The notes beneath the pieces are model-generated. The model was not told the DNA's origin, made no database searches, and worked only from the letters and a program-made list of their open reading frames with translations. This document shows, piece after piece, positions 34,266 through 45,853 of a stretch of DNA of 64,000 nt. The stretch lies in the NCBI GenBank assembly GCA_004431415.1, contig QPMI01000482.1:62001-126000 (forward strand), given 5' to 3'. Within the stretch, counting starts at the first letter, position 1. Each line of letters begins with the position of its first letter. This DNA is from Cyanophora paradoxa CCMP329 (lineage: Eukaryota > Plantae > Glaucophyta). A program made the position numbers and the translations under genes.

Positions 34266-34948
34266 AGTTTACAGAAAAATACACAACCTTGGAAGGAATC
34301 CACGCCTTTCTACAGAGTCTGAGAGCTCTAGCTACCTTGTGCATCGCACGTACGAATGGATTCGAATCTAGAAGTGCACACCTCGGAGCCTCTGACGGGT
34401 CCGGAACGCAGGCTAGAACTAGCAAAACACGCACTCAAAATTAAAGGATTCCAAGTATCCAGTATGATAGTATGATAGCATTCCAGGACTAGGTATAGGC
34501 GGCGGTGGCGCGCCAGGAGACTACAGGCTACAGGCAGCGCAGGCGTGTCCCTGTGAGCACGGACGAGCGGCTGGCGGTACGGGTTCTTCGGTACTGTATC
34601 TGTCACACCCTGGTTGAACTAAGTGAAAGAAGAAAGCGGGCTCTCGCCCATGCATGGAGATAGGCAAGCGAATGGAGACCGAGCACCCTACGAAATCCCT
34701 ATGAAAAGCGTCGAACGCTCAAAATTGTCCCTGCCCTCGCAAACCGGGCGGAAGGAAAGGGTCCTATCCAACTGCACAAAATTGGGAATGGGGGTAACCC
34801 GACTGTCCGGGAAGAAATGTCCCTTGCTAGCAAAGGAAGGCGGCCTGGGTGAAATGAAAAGCAGGCGAAACAAGTAGGGCGCTGTATGCCATGATGGCTG
34901 GCCTCGCGTGGGACGAGCACGCGGCAGGGGCGGTCGCCCGAGGGGCGC

Positions 34949-36172
34949 CTAGCGGGGCGCGAGCATCGGGGAGCCTCGGCTGCCGCCAACGACGGCGCCG
35001 ACGGGGCGGGGGCCCAGGGGCGAGCCCTTGGGGCTCGAAGACGCGCCGATGGCGGGGAATTTGATCCCCGCCGCGGGGGGCGACATGCTGGCCGGGTCCG
35101 CCGAGGCCCGTCGCGAGAGCGTCGAGACGTTGCCCGCCGGCGCGTCCATCGAGCCGCGGCGCGCGTACCCCTGCGGGCGGTGAGTCAGGCAGGGGGGGGG
35201 GGGGGGGTGAGGGCGGCTGGCGGGGCGCACGGAGAAGGCGGGGCTCGCGGGCGAGGTCGGGGCGAGGCGGGAGAAGCCGCCGGCCTCCAGGGGCGGGCTC
35301 CTCGGGCTCCCCGGCCGCCCCGCCCCGCTGATCGTCACCGCCGGCGGCGTCGCGTGCCGCGGCACCGGGGCCGCCGGGGCGGCGCCCAGGGCATCCAATC
35401 CGCGGGAGGGCGAGCGGCCGAGGCGGGGCGGCGAGCGGCGCGGGCTGCGGTTGAGGGAGGGGGAGACCTGCACCCTCCGATCAGTTCTTTCTTTCACTAT
35501 CGAGGACGGGGGGCCGGGGCGGACCTGGCGGTCCTGGAAGCCCATGCCCTCGTCCGAGCTCGGCGGCGTGGCCGAGTCGAGGAGGCGCGGCGGCAGCTCG
35601 AGCTCCGTCGGCTGCGCGGCCGGCGCCGTCAGCGGCGGGACCCGCGGGGGCGTGCCGTGGGGCCGGGCGGGGCGCACGAGGCGGACGAGGGCGGGGGCGT
35701 GGGCGCGCTCGCGGGTGAGGGCGGCGAGGATGGAGGAGCGGCGGGGGCCGGCGGCGGGGGCCCCCGAGGCGCTCGTCGCGGGGGACAGCGAGTCGACCGA
35801 CCAGCGCGGCGTCGACTCCGCCGGCGATGTCGGCGACACCAGCGGCGGCGGCGGCGGCGGCACCGCCCCGGGGCGGATCGCCGGGAGGCCGGCGGGGGCG
35901 GGGGCGGCGCGGCGGGGGCGGGGCGGGGCGGGGCCCTCGCTGGGGTCGCCGAGGTCGGTGAAGCTGGTGGGTCCCGAGGGCGGCTGCAGCTCGATGCCGA
36001 AGCTCGCGAGGTCCTCCTCGCAGAGCAGGTCGAGCACCGTCCCCGTCGGCCTGCGGGCCCCGCTCCGCAGCACCCCCTCCAGGTGCTCCGCCACGCACAC
36101 GCTCATCCGCCGCGGCCGCCCCTCCTCCGCCGGCCGCGCCCACGCCGGCAGCGAGCCTGCCCGCTCCCGCAC
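34949..36172 (-). CDS. Hypothetical Pro/Ser-rich disordered protein
   Basis: Long ORF with GC3-biased codons and plausible in-frame introns (e.g. RRMSVCVAEHLEG..LDLLCEEDLASFGIEL). No family recognised and the start is uncertain. Confidence 0.5.
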   Translation of the reverse strand: MRERAGSLPAWARPAEEGRPRRMSVCVAEHLEGVLRSGARRPTGTVLDLLCEEDLASFGIELQPPSGPTSFTDLGDPSEGPAPPRPRRAAPAPAGLPAIRPGAVPPPPPPLVSPTSPAESTPRWSVDSLSPATSASGAPAAGPRRSSILAALTRERAHAPALVRLVRPARPHGTPPRVPPLTAPAAQPTELELPPRLLDSATPPSSDEGMGFQDRQVRPGPPSSIVKERTDRRVQVSPSLNRSPRRSPPRLGRSPSRGLDALGAAPAAPVPRHATPPAVTISGAGRPGSPRSPPLEAGGFSRLAPTSPASPAFSVRPASRPHPPPPPCLTHRPQGYARRGSMDAPAGNVSTLSRRASADPASMSPPAAGIKFPAIGASSSPKGSPLGPRPVGAVVGGSRGSPMLAPR

Positions 36173-37598
36173 CGGCGACGACGACTGGGCTGCCCGCGCA
36201 GAGCGAAATCGCGTCAGATGGGAAACCTCGGGCCCGGGCCCCGGAGCCGGTCGCGAGGCGCGCGTTGCGCACTCCGCAGCAGGCTCTCATACTGTTGTGC
36301 GGAAAGATAAGACGGTTCGCTGACGCGGCGCTGGAAGCTTGGCTGGCGGTACACGGCGGGCCTCCCGCGAGCACTCGCGTTCGACGCGGCCTTTGGAACG
36401 TTGATATTCCCCGGTACTGCGCGCGGTCTGGAGTCATGCCACAGATTTCCAGGAGCAAGCGCGGGGGCCCGGCGTTGACGTGCGCAGGCGGGGCGCGACT
36501 CTTCGGCGATGCGCACCGGCCAGGCCACCCCCGGTCGAAGCTCCCGTCCCCATTACGCGGCCACGAAACTATGCGCCGCAATTTGCACCGAGCCGGGCTG
36601 GCGCGGCGGCCGTTTGGCAACTTGGGCAACTTGGGCAGACGGCCCAACGCGCGAGGCTGGCGCAGCTGCACACGCGTTGACGGACTGCAAGGCTGTAGGA
36701 CGACGCGCGTTGGGAAACTTCGCGACCTCGAGCTCCGGGCCTCCGGCTCGCTCGGACGAAGCTGGGGCCCCAGGGTACGTTAATCTTGATCCTCGATCGA
36801 GGCTTCGACTTGGCGAATTCGCGATCATTGATCAGCTGCCAAGCTTAGCGCTAGCGCTAGCCTATATGGCCTAGGAACGGTCTAGCGCTTCAGGGATCCC
36901 TGCAGGCTGCTGATCATGATCATGATCATTTCATCATCACGAGGCTGCACATGCATTCATGATCAGCCTTCAAATTAAGCTAGGTCTGCGCCGCGGCGCA
37001 CGCTGCGCTGCGCGCGCCCGGCGCCGGCGGCCTGCATGAGGCTGCATCATGGCATGCATGCGCTGATGCCGACGCCGGGGTGCGCGGCGCTCTGGGGTCC
37101 GACATCGATATCGATGATTCGAATCCCCGGCCCGCGGCCGGCGTCGGCGGCCCGTGCACGCGATGCATCCTATAGCTAGCCGCATGCGCAGTGCAGCCAT
37201 GCCAGACGGCAACCAGAGCCTGCCGCAGTGCTGCTACGCGCGCGGACTCCCGGATCCAGTTTTAATTACAGCGCCGCGGCTAGCTTTAAATTTGCGCATG
37301 CGCAGGGCAGCCGCGCAGCTAGCGGCGCATCATGGCATGCAGCGGCGTGCGGCGCGCGGGCGCGGCGCGCGGGGCACCTGCAGCTGATCATGCATAGGTC
37401 TGCATGAGAGGATCTATATAGCTAGGTCTGCCGGCATGGCGACACATGTACAAGACTGCCGCTGAACCTACACCCTATCACTAGCACATCGGATCGCCGA
37501 GCCTCGGAGAAGCGCATAGCTATCTATGCCTAGGACTAGCCGCGGTCCCGGCCGGCGCCCTCCCGCGGCGAAGCGAAGGGCGCGGGCGGGGCCCCCGA

Positions 37599-38460
37599 TC
37601 AGGGCAGGGCGGCGAGCGCCAGCTTGGCCTCCTCTGCGTTCCTCAGCACGGCCTCCATCGGCCGCCCCGTCCTCCTGCTCTCGAACTCCAGCAAGCTGCG
37701 GTGCCAGGTAGGGGGAGGGTGGGGGACGCGGGGCGGCCCGCCGCCGGCACCTGTTTGCGAGGAACTGGACGGGGTTCGGGGGCCGAGTCTGGACGAGCTT
37801 GTCCAGGCCCCAGGCCACCGCCGCCTGGACGTACCGCTCCATCACTGCGCGCCGCCCCGCTCAGCTGCGCCCGGCCTCGGCGCTGGCGGCGAGCGGGCCA
37901 GCCAGCGCGAGCCGCCGCCCCGCGCGCCTTCCTCGAAGGGGTGCCCCACAATGTCCGCGAGCGCCTGGCCGAACTCTTCTTCCGTCAGATCCTGCGCGCG
38001 CGCGCGGCAGGTTAGCGGCGCGGACTCCGCGACCGCACGGAGCCGAGGGGGCCGAGGGCGGGTGCGAGCCTTCGCCGCATCCGCGCAGCTCTTCACATAC
38101 ATCTCCGCAGACACGGGCGCGCTCGGCATCTCCGAGAGAGTCTGCGGGTCCGCGCTCGGATTTAACCTGCAGCCAAATGAGGCAGGCGAGGCGTGCGGGC
38201 GTGTGGCGAGCGCCGTACCTCATGAGCGCTCTGTCCAAAAGGTCGCCATCGACGCCCGTGAGCCTCTGCAGATAGTGAAATACGATAAACTGCGCAGGGC
38301 GTTAGGCGGACGCAGGCGCACGAAGGCAGAGAGCCGCCCGCTTACTAGCTTCTGCTCCCTTGATATCGGCGCCTGCGCAGCGGAGCGTCAGCTTCCTGCG
38401 AAGCCAACGGGGAGCTAAACGAGGACGGCCCAACGGTGGCACGGCATCACTCTAAAGCAT
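37599..38460 (-). CDS. Small Dpy-30/RIIa-like dimerisation-motif protein
   Basis: Exon MERYVQAAVAWGLDKLVQTRPPNPVQFLAN|SLLE fits the Dpy-30 motif (YL...V...L..GL..L...RP..P..FLA.YL). Stop TGA at 37599. The start is approximate. Confidence 0.65.
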
Positions 38461-38689
38461 TAGCTATCGACTAAAGCCATCAAAGCTAGCTATAGATAAC
38501 CAGTCAACTGCGAAGGCGGAGGCGCGTGGTTGCGGACGTGTATGCGCGCGGGTGGATGCGGCAAGACCGCAACCAGCTCCTATACAACTACAGCTAGCGC
38601 AGATAGCGCATCGCAGCAAGCGAAGAACCGCCTCCACGCACCATTCGGTTTGAGCGTGTAGCCCCCCGAGCTCATTCCCCCTCAAAATC

Positions 38690-40318
38690 ATGGTCGCCTT
38701 CGCTGGGCCCGCGCTCCCGTCCCGGCGGGCTTGCCAAGCGGAGCAGCTCTTGCGGCACGGCGACCCTCAGGCCTTGGCGTGGCACCAGCCGCACGCGCGC
38801 ACGCACGCCGCCTCTCGGCTCCAGCCACCGCGGGCCGCAGCCGACCACAGGGAGCTCCGCTGGCAGCTATGCGAGCTCCCGACAAGCAGGCTTCGGAGGA
38901 GCGTCCCCGCGCCGAGCCTGGCGGGCGCGCGCTTCATCGGCGCCGGACGGATCTTCGCCACCGCGCAACCGCCGCCCAAGGCGCCGCAGGACCTAGCTGA
39001 GCGCGGCGGTACGTTACAAAGCGGTCTTTCTCGCCCTCTTTCGGCTTTAGCTGACGCGAATCGTAGAGGAGGCCATGAACAAGTTTCTGGAGGGCCTCGC
39101 CTCGGCGAGCTCGTCGGATCTGACGCCGGAGTACGACGACCTCGAAGACGTCGAGATGACGCCTCTCGAGCACCTAGAGGAGTTCCGCCAGGTGCGGCCG
39201 CGCCGCTCCGCGCCGCTCCCGTCTCGTGCCGCTCCGCCCTCGCGGCCGCCTCCGACGCGGGGGCGCAGCGGACCATCCGCGCCGGCGTCGCTTTCATCGT
39301 TGCGGTCTGCGCGAGCTTCACGTACGTGCGGCCGCTCGTCGGCCTGCTGGAGGGCCTCGCGCCGGCCACCACCAAGTTCCTGCAGCTCTCCCCGGGGGAG
39401 TACCTCTTCTCCACGGTCCGCCCCCGCATCCAATCCGGGGTCGACCCCGATCCAAGTCGATCGGGTCCCCCGCAGATCAAATTGTCGGCGTACGCCGGGT
39501 TCCTCCTCTCCAGCCCATATATCCTCTACGAGGTGCTCGCCTACATCTCCCCCGCCCTCCGCCGCTCCGAGAAGCGCGTCCTCTTCCCCCTCCTCTTCGG
39601 TGCGCAGACGCCACTCCCCGCCGTGCCACTCTCCCTCCTCCCCCCCCGCCCGAATGACGCGTTACCCCCTCCGCCGCAGGCTCGGCCGGCCTCTTCGCCC
39701 TCGGCCTCCTCTTCTCGTACTACGTCCTCACGCCCGCCGCGATCAACTTCTTCGTCTCCTTCTCCGACGGCGCCGTCGAGGAAATGTGGTCCTTCGACAT
39801 GTGCGCCGTACCCCCCGCCAGCTTTTTCCCCCTCTTCTTCTTACCTCCCTTCTCTTCTCCAGGTACCTCGATTTCGTGTCCCGGATGTTCGTCAGCACGG
39901 GCCTCGCCTCGCAGGTCCCCATCGCCCAGGTGCGCCTCGTACCCCCATCGTTCCCCTGGCACCTGCCGACCCGCGCGTGCCCCCCGCAGGTCCTTCTCGG
40001 GACGCTCGGCATCGTCACCTCCGCTCAGATGTTCGCCGCGGTGCGGCACCCCCGGCGTGTACTCCCCCGCGTGTCGCCCTGAATCGCGTACCCCCAGTGG
40101 CGCTACGTCGTCGTCGGGGCGATGGTCGCGGCGGCCGTCCTCACCCCCAGGTCCCCTCCCCCGCGCCCCTCGCCCCCCGGCCCCGGCCCCGCCACCTCCC
40201 GAGCGGCCGCCTCCTGCGCGCGCGCAGCACGGACCCCGTCACCCAGCTGCTCCTCGCCGGGCCCTTGGTCGGGCTCTACATGGGCGGCTGCGGCGCCGTC
40301 AAGCTGCTCGGCAAGTAG
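38690..40318 (+). CDS. tatC: Plastid twin-arginine translocase subunit TatC with transit peptide
   Basis: MVAF.. presequence; [28 protein letters not shown]|[69 protein letters not shown]|[14 protein letters not shown]. Confidence 0.95.
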   Translation: MVAFAGPALPSRRACQAEQLLRHGDPQALAWHQPHARTHAASRLQPPRAAADHRELRWQLCELPTSRLRRSVPAPSLAGARFIGAGRIFATAQPPPKAPQDLAERGGTLQSGLSRPLSALADANRRGGHEQVSGGPRLGELVGSDAGVRRPRRRRDDASRAPRGVPPGAAAPLRAAPVSCRSALAAASDAGAQRTIRAGVAFIVAVCASFTYVRPLVGLLEGLAPATTKFLQLSPGEYLFSTVRPRIQSGVDPDPSRSGPPQIKLSAYAGFLLSSPYILYEVLAYISPALRRSEKRVLFPLLFGAQTPLPAVPLSLLPPRPNDALPPPPQARPASSPSASSSRTTSSRPPRSTSSSPSPTAPSRKCGPSTCAPYPPPAFSPSSSYLPSLLQVPRFRVPDVRQHGPRLAGPHRPGAPRTPIVPLAPADPRVPPAGPSRDARHRHLRSDVRRGAAPPACTPPRVALNRVPPVALRRRRGDGRGGRPHPQVPSPAPLAPRPRPRHLPSGRLLRARSTDPVTQLLLAGPLVGLYMGGCGAVKLLGK

Positions 40319-40512
40319 CTGCTCCACCCCCGGCCTCGCACGCCCCCTGGACGTCGATCGGTTCAGTGTCACTTGCTTGAAAGAACAGCCTGCTTACAAT
40401 ACGAGCGTGCATCGTTGTACGAAATGGCTAGAAAAAAAGGTTAAAAGAAGAACGCTGTCTCGCGCTCTCCAAATTAAAAAAGCTGACTATGCCTCAAAAA
40501 AGAGACCGAGCT

Positions 40513-42397
40513 CTAGGAGCTCTTCAACGAGAGTTGGGCGAGGGCGGGGTGGGGCGGGAGGGGCGGCGGGGCGGGGAATGATCCGGAGCGGGGGGGCACT
40601 GGGGGGACGGCGAGGGGGGGCGGGGCGTGCGGGGGGCCCCAGAAGGGCCCCAGCTGCAGGACGCCGGCGCTGCCCGGGCGGGAGCCGGGGAGGGAGCCGG
40701 GGGGCGACCCCGGGAGGGCCCCGAGGGCCTGCGAGGCGGCCGGCGCGAAGGAGCCGCCGGGGGCCCCGAAGGATCCGAAGGAGAACCCGAAGCCGCCGCC
40801 CCCCGAGGCCCGCCGCGGCGCCAGGTCGAGCAGCGGGGCAGGGTACATCGGCTCCGAGCGGGTGTGGTGCACGGGGGCGGGCGCCCGCGAGGGGAGGGGC
40901 ACGGTGTAGTTGAAGCCCAGGAGATCGCCGAAGGGGTTCCCCTGCGCCCGGAGGATGGGAGCAGGGTGAGGGGTGGCGCGGGGGCTGCGCAGGGGGTGCG
41001 TGTGGGCGCACCGCAAGGGGCAGCGGGGGCGCGCCGGGGCCCGGGAGAGGGGCCGGCGGCGGCCCCAGGAAGGAGAGGGAGTCGCGGCTCGCAGGGCGGG
41101 CGGGCGGCCCGGGGGCGGCGGCGGAGAACGGAAGCGTCGGGGGCAGCGGGGGCGGGAGCGGCGGGGGGAGCACGGCCGAGAGGCTCTTCTCGGATCCCGA
41201 GCGCGGGAACACGGCGGCGGGTGCGGCGCCTGGGGCTGTGCCCGGCAGGGCCGCGAGGGGCGCGAGGGGGGCCAGGGGCGCAAGAGCGGGGCCGAGGGAG
41301 CCCAGCGGCGCGGAGGCCGGCGCGTGCGGGAAGCTAGGCGATCGCCCCAAGGATCCGCTGCGGGGCGGCGCTCGGGTCGGGGCGGGCGGGGCGCGGGGAT
41401 CAGAGCGCGCACCGGCGGCCGGGAGGGCGGGGTCGGAGGCGGGGCCGGGGCCGGCCTGGGGCGCGCTCGCGGATGCGGAGCGCCAGGCCGCGGACCCCGT
41501 GCGGCTCGCCGAGCGCTGCTGCAGGGGGGCCCGCTGGAAGGCGGCGGCGGCGGAGGCGAGGCCGCCGGCGGCGCGGGCGGCGTCCTTGAAGGTGCCCAGC
41601 ATCGAGCTCGAGCGCGCCATCGAGCGCCGCCGATTCCCCTGGCCCCCCTCCTCCTGCTCCGCCAGCGCCGCCGCCGCGTGGATGGCGGCCGCTGCCGAGG
41701 CCCCGCCGCCCCCCGCGACGATCGAGGCCGAGCGCGAGAGCTTCCGGAGGGCGATGGACCGCGCGCGCCGGTCCGCCTCCGCCGCCGCCTGCTCGTCCGT
41801 GTCCGAGAGGATCGCCTGCAGGTCCTCCGACGGCTCTGGCGGCGGCGGCGCCTCCGGCGGCGGCGGCGGCGGAGGGGCCGCCTGTTGCTGCTGCGCCGGC
41901 GATCCCGCGAGCGCGAGCGGGGGGACGGCGGACGCCGCGGCGCGCTTGGACGAAGAGTGCGGGAGCGCCGGTCGCGAAGGTGCGGAGGTGGCGGGGTGCT
42001 GGGAGGCGGAGGCTGCGGGCGCGGGGCGGCTTGGCGGCGGCTGCTGCTGCTGTGGGCGCTTCGGGTCGTTCTTCTTGCTCCAGAAGCGAGGATCGTCCAC
42101 GTCTTCGTCCGAGTACTCCTCCTCGCGGGGCTTCCGCTCGCCGCGCATGGTGTAAAGTAGTTTTGGGGCATCCACCTCCTCGATCGGCTTCAGGTCGTTG
42201 TCCAGTCGCCCCACCATTTTGACGGCATACCGGGACGCTGCCGGGGCCGTCAGCGGGAAGGGGACGGCGGCGTTCGGAGGTTGCGGAGGGTGCACCGAGT
42301 TCGGTTTTGCGGTCAGGCCTCGATCGGGGCGAGCCGTTCTTGGAGGAAGGGCCCGATTCGGCATGAGCGCCGTCGTCGGCCTGGCTCGACGCGCCAC
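40513..42397 (-). CDS. Hypothetical Pro/Ala-rich protein
   Basis: Coding-like stretch VKMVGRLDNDLKPIEEVDAPKLLYTMRGERKPREEEYSDEDVDDPRFW followed by low-complexity exons. The 5' end is unresolved. Confidence 0.5.
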
Positions 42398-42968
42398 TCC
42401 CCATCAAAAACTCCTAGGTGTCCTGCCGAGTGGTCGCTCCGGTGACCTGCATGCTGCCGCGCGCTGGATCGAGCCAGGCCCGCCCAAGCCCAGCTGCAGA
42501 CTGCCCAGACCCAGCAGGCCCAGGCTCCCACTCCGCCAATACTCGCGCCGATCTGCGGCGCCGTGTCGGCCCGGGTACCGGTGCGAAATTCGCGTCGAAG
42601 TTCGAGCGCGCGGCAAGAGCAACGTCCGGCTACGCAGCAGCGCCGCAGAACCAGCATCGCGCGAAGCCGCTGCCGCCGCATCGCAGGCGCGAGGCGAGGA
42701 CCTGCATCGCGCGCGCCGGTTGTTCAAGGCAGCTGACAGCAGCGCGCGCCGCCCACAAAGGCGACCGCCGGACTCGCGTGGTGGTACAAAAGCAAAAAAC
42801 GCGCGGTCTAGGCTTGCTAAGCCGGCCCCGAGTCGCGTCGGCGCGGCGGAGGTGCGCGAGCGACGCCAAGTACCCGCCAGCACTCCGGGGGACGTCTGAA
42901 GGAGTCGCCAGTCCCCGCCAGCGCAAGTTTGAAGGAATCCAGGCTAGGGCGCGCTCTGAGCTGGCGGG

Positions 42969-44847
42969 ATGGGGAGCCCGCGGGGGGAGAACCTGGATGA
43001 GCAGCGGCGCTTCGTGCGGCGGGCGGTGCTGCTGCGCTCATCCTGCTCTCTCTTCCTCGCCCTCGCGGCGCTCGCCCTCTGGGCCCTGTGGGAGCCGGGC
43101 GGCGCCCCGACGCGCGCCCCGGGCTCGGCCGAGATCGTCTTCATGGGGACGGGTACGTCGGCCGGGATCCCCCTTGTGAGCTGCCTCGTGCGGAGGCCCA
43201 TCCCCTGCGCCGCCTGCGCCTCCGCCCTCAAGCCCGGCTCCAAGGACCGCCGCCGCAACACGGGTCCGACCCCCCTTCCCCCTTCACCCCCCCCCCCCCC
43301 CCACCCCCCACCCCCCCCCCCACCCTCGGGGGCCTGGGCCTGGGCCCGGGCCCGGGCCCTTCTCTGACGCAGCCAGCGGGGCGCGTGCGCGCAGGGCTCC
43401 TCATCCGGTACCCGCACGCCGACGGCCGCGTGCGCAACATCGTCGTCGACGTCGGAAAGGTGGCTGGGGCGCAGCGCGCGCGTTGCGTCGCGGCGGGGCC
43501 CCCGCCGCCTCCCCGTGACTCCCCGGGGCCTCAGTTCTGGTGGGCCTCCGCCATGGAGCTCTTCCCCGCCCTCGGCATCGACCGCATCGACGCCAGTGCG
43601 CCCCCGGCCCCGCCCCCGCCCCGCCCCGCTCCCCCTCGCGCGCCTGAGGTGCCCCGCCTCGCCGCGCGGGCAGTCCTGATCACGCACGACCACGCGGACG
43701 CGATGGGCGGGCTGGACGACCTCAGGGACTTCACCAACAGCCTCCAGGCGGGCCGCGCTCCCTCGCACGCGGCCGCCGGCGTCTGAGGGGGCGCCAGGAG
43801 TCGATCCCGGTCTTCATCAAGCGGGAGGACCTGGAGGAGGCGCGGCGCCGCTTCCCCCACCTCTTCGACCCCGAGGTCACCTGGTCCGCCCCCGCCCCTC
43901 CGATGCTGTCCCACCCCGGGCCCCTCTTCGGTCCAACCATCTCGCGCCCCGCCTCCCGCAGGGGCAAGGGCGCCGCGCCGCAGCTCGACTTTCGGGTCGT
44001 CGAGGAGAACACCCCATTCGACGCTGCGGGGCTCAGGGTACCCCTCCTGCCGCGTTTCTGTACCCATCCTGCTCCAATTTCGCTTGCAGGTCGTACCCCT
44101 TCCCGTGATTCACGGGGCCAGGAAGGGGACCCCCTACCACTCCCTCGGATTCCGGTACCCCCCTCTCGCTCAAAAGAGAGTGTACCCCTGAGCTAGCTAC
44201 CCCCCAAAATAGATTCGGCAACTTCAGCTACGTGTCGGACGTGAACAAGGTACCCCCCGCGACGCGGGAGCTGATGCGGGGCTCCCGCTACCTGGTCCTG
44301 GACGGCGCGCCCCGCCCCGCGCCGGCCCCGCCTGCACCTCTGATGCCCGCGCAGGCACGAAGCTGCGGGAGCCGCACCCCTCGCACCTCTCCATCGAGCA
44401 GGTGCCCCCTGCCCCCTGCCCCTCCTCTCGCCCGGGGCGCCGACCGCCGGCGGGGGGCGCTGGGAGGCGGTGGAGCACTTCGCGGACCTGCGGCCCGAGG
44501 TCGGCTGGGTCACGGGCCTCTGCCACGAGGCCAGCCACGCGTGCGCCGCCCCGCCCCGCCCCGCCCCGCCCCCTCCACATCCCCCCTCCGCATCCCATGC
44601 GGAGGGGGTGGGGCGGGGCGGGGCGGGGCGCGCTCAACTATTAGAATCTTGAGAGCTCCCGGTCCACGATTACGTCGTTAATCCGCCCTCGATCCATCCG
44701 ACTGCGATAGCATCGTAGAGTGTTCGGGGGTGTGAGCGGGGCGGGGGCGCCAGGGCGGCGGAGGAGCTGCTGGAGGAGGCGGGGCGGCGCCTCCGCCTCG
44801 ACCTCCGCGTCCCCTGGGACGGCCTCCGCCTCTCCCTCGACCTCTGA
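42969..44847 (+). CDS. Metallo-beta-lactamase-fold hydrolase (PhnP/YcfH-adjacent phosphodiesterase-like)
   Basis: IVFMGTGTSAGIP..C..C, DRRRNT, IVVDVGK, VLITHDHADAMGGLDDLR (HxHxD), SYVSDV, HPSHLS, GLCHE, final exon VPWDGLRLSLDL*. Has an N-terminal hydrophobic segment. Confidence 0.9.
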
Positions 44848-45853
44848 CCGCGGCGCGGGGACCGCGCCCGAGGGGCACACGGCGTCACGTGCACCGAAGA
44901 AGACCGGCGCGGCACTGGCACGTGCAGACGGATGATCATGACGGAGAAGCACCGGATCTACAGACTTTCGTTGCAATTGCATGTGCAACTTGGCAAAGCC
45001 GCTGAGCAATATAGATACCGGAATGATTCGAATCGAATTCGAATGCCTGCAATTCCGAGCGCAAATCACATGCATTTATATGCCCCGATACCCCGGAGTC
45101 TTGCCTCTAGCCTACCGTAGTACGAGGCTAGTAGATCTAGATCTGTTGGGAAACATGAATTTTTGAAGGACGTGCTCAGTGCTACTGACCTACAAACATT
45201 GATCATGAGCTGCAGCGGATGAACGGAGTCGCTAGATCTAGATCTGGACAGAATGTGCACGCACTGGACTGGCACTGTACAGGTGCGGTTCGACGGTCAC
45301 TGTCACTCGCACATGGCGAACTGATCATGAGAACTCAGACTGGAGAGGAAAAGAAGAGATCGAAACGGAAAGAAAGAGCGCTCGGGCCGGCCGGCCCGGC
45401 GGGAACCTACGACTACACGATATCGGACATGGTCGCGATGGGAACCTACAACTTCGATAGTGATCGGGCGAGGCGCCCAGGCACTCACTCGGGGGGGTTC
45501 CAGACAGGGTAGGCCCCCCCCGGGGGCGGGGTGGTGGCCTGGGGGGGCGTGGCGAGCATCGGCGAGTCCGGCGTGCGCGCCCGGGCCCGCACGCGCACGG
45601 CCGCCGCGCCGAGGCCGGCGGCGAGCGGGCCGCCGGGGCCGGCGACGGCGCGGGGCCAGGGGCAGGGGCCGGGGCCGGCCGGCCAGCCGGCCATCCCCGC
45701 GTCTGGCGAGGGCGAGTTGCTGGAGTGGACGGGGCTGCGGCGCCGGCGACCCCGTCAGTCGGCGACGCGCAGAGGCGAGAGCGCGCAATGGTCGCGTGCG
45801 TTCTCATCAAGCTGAACGTTAAGCCAGCTGGGCATGGGCCGCAAAGACGACCC

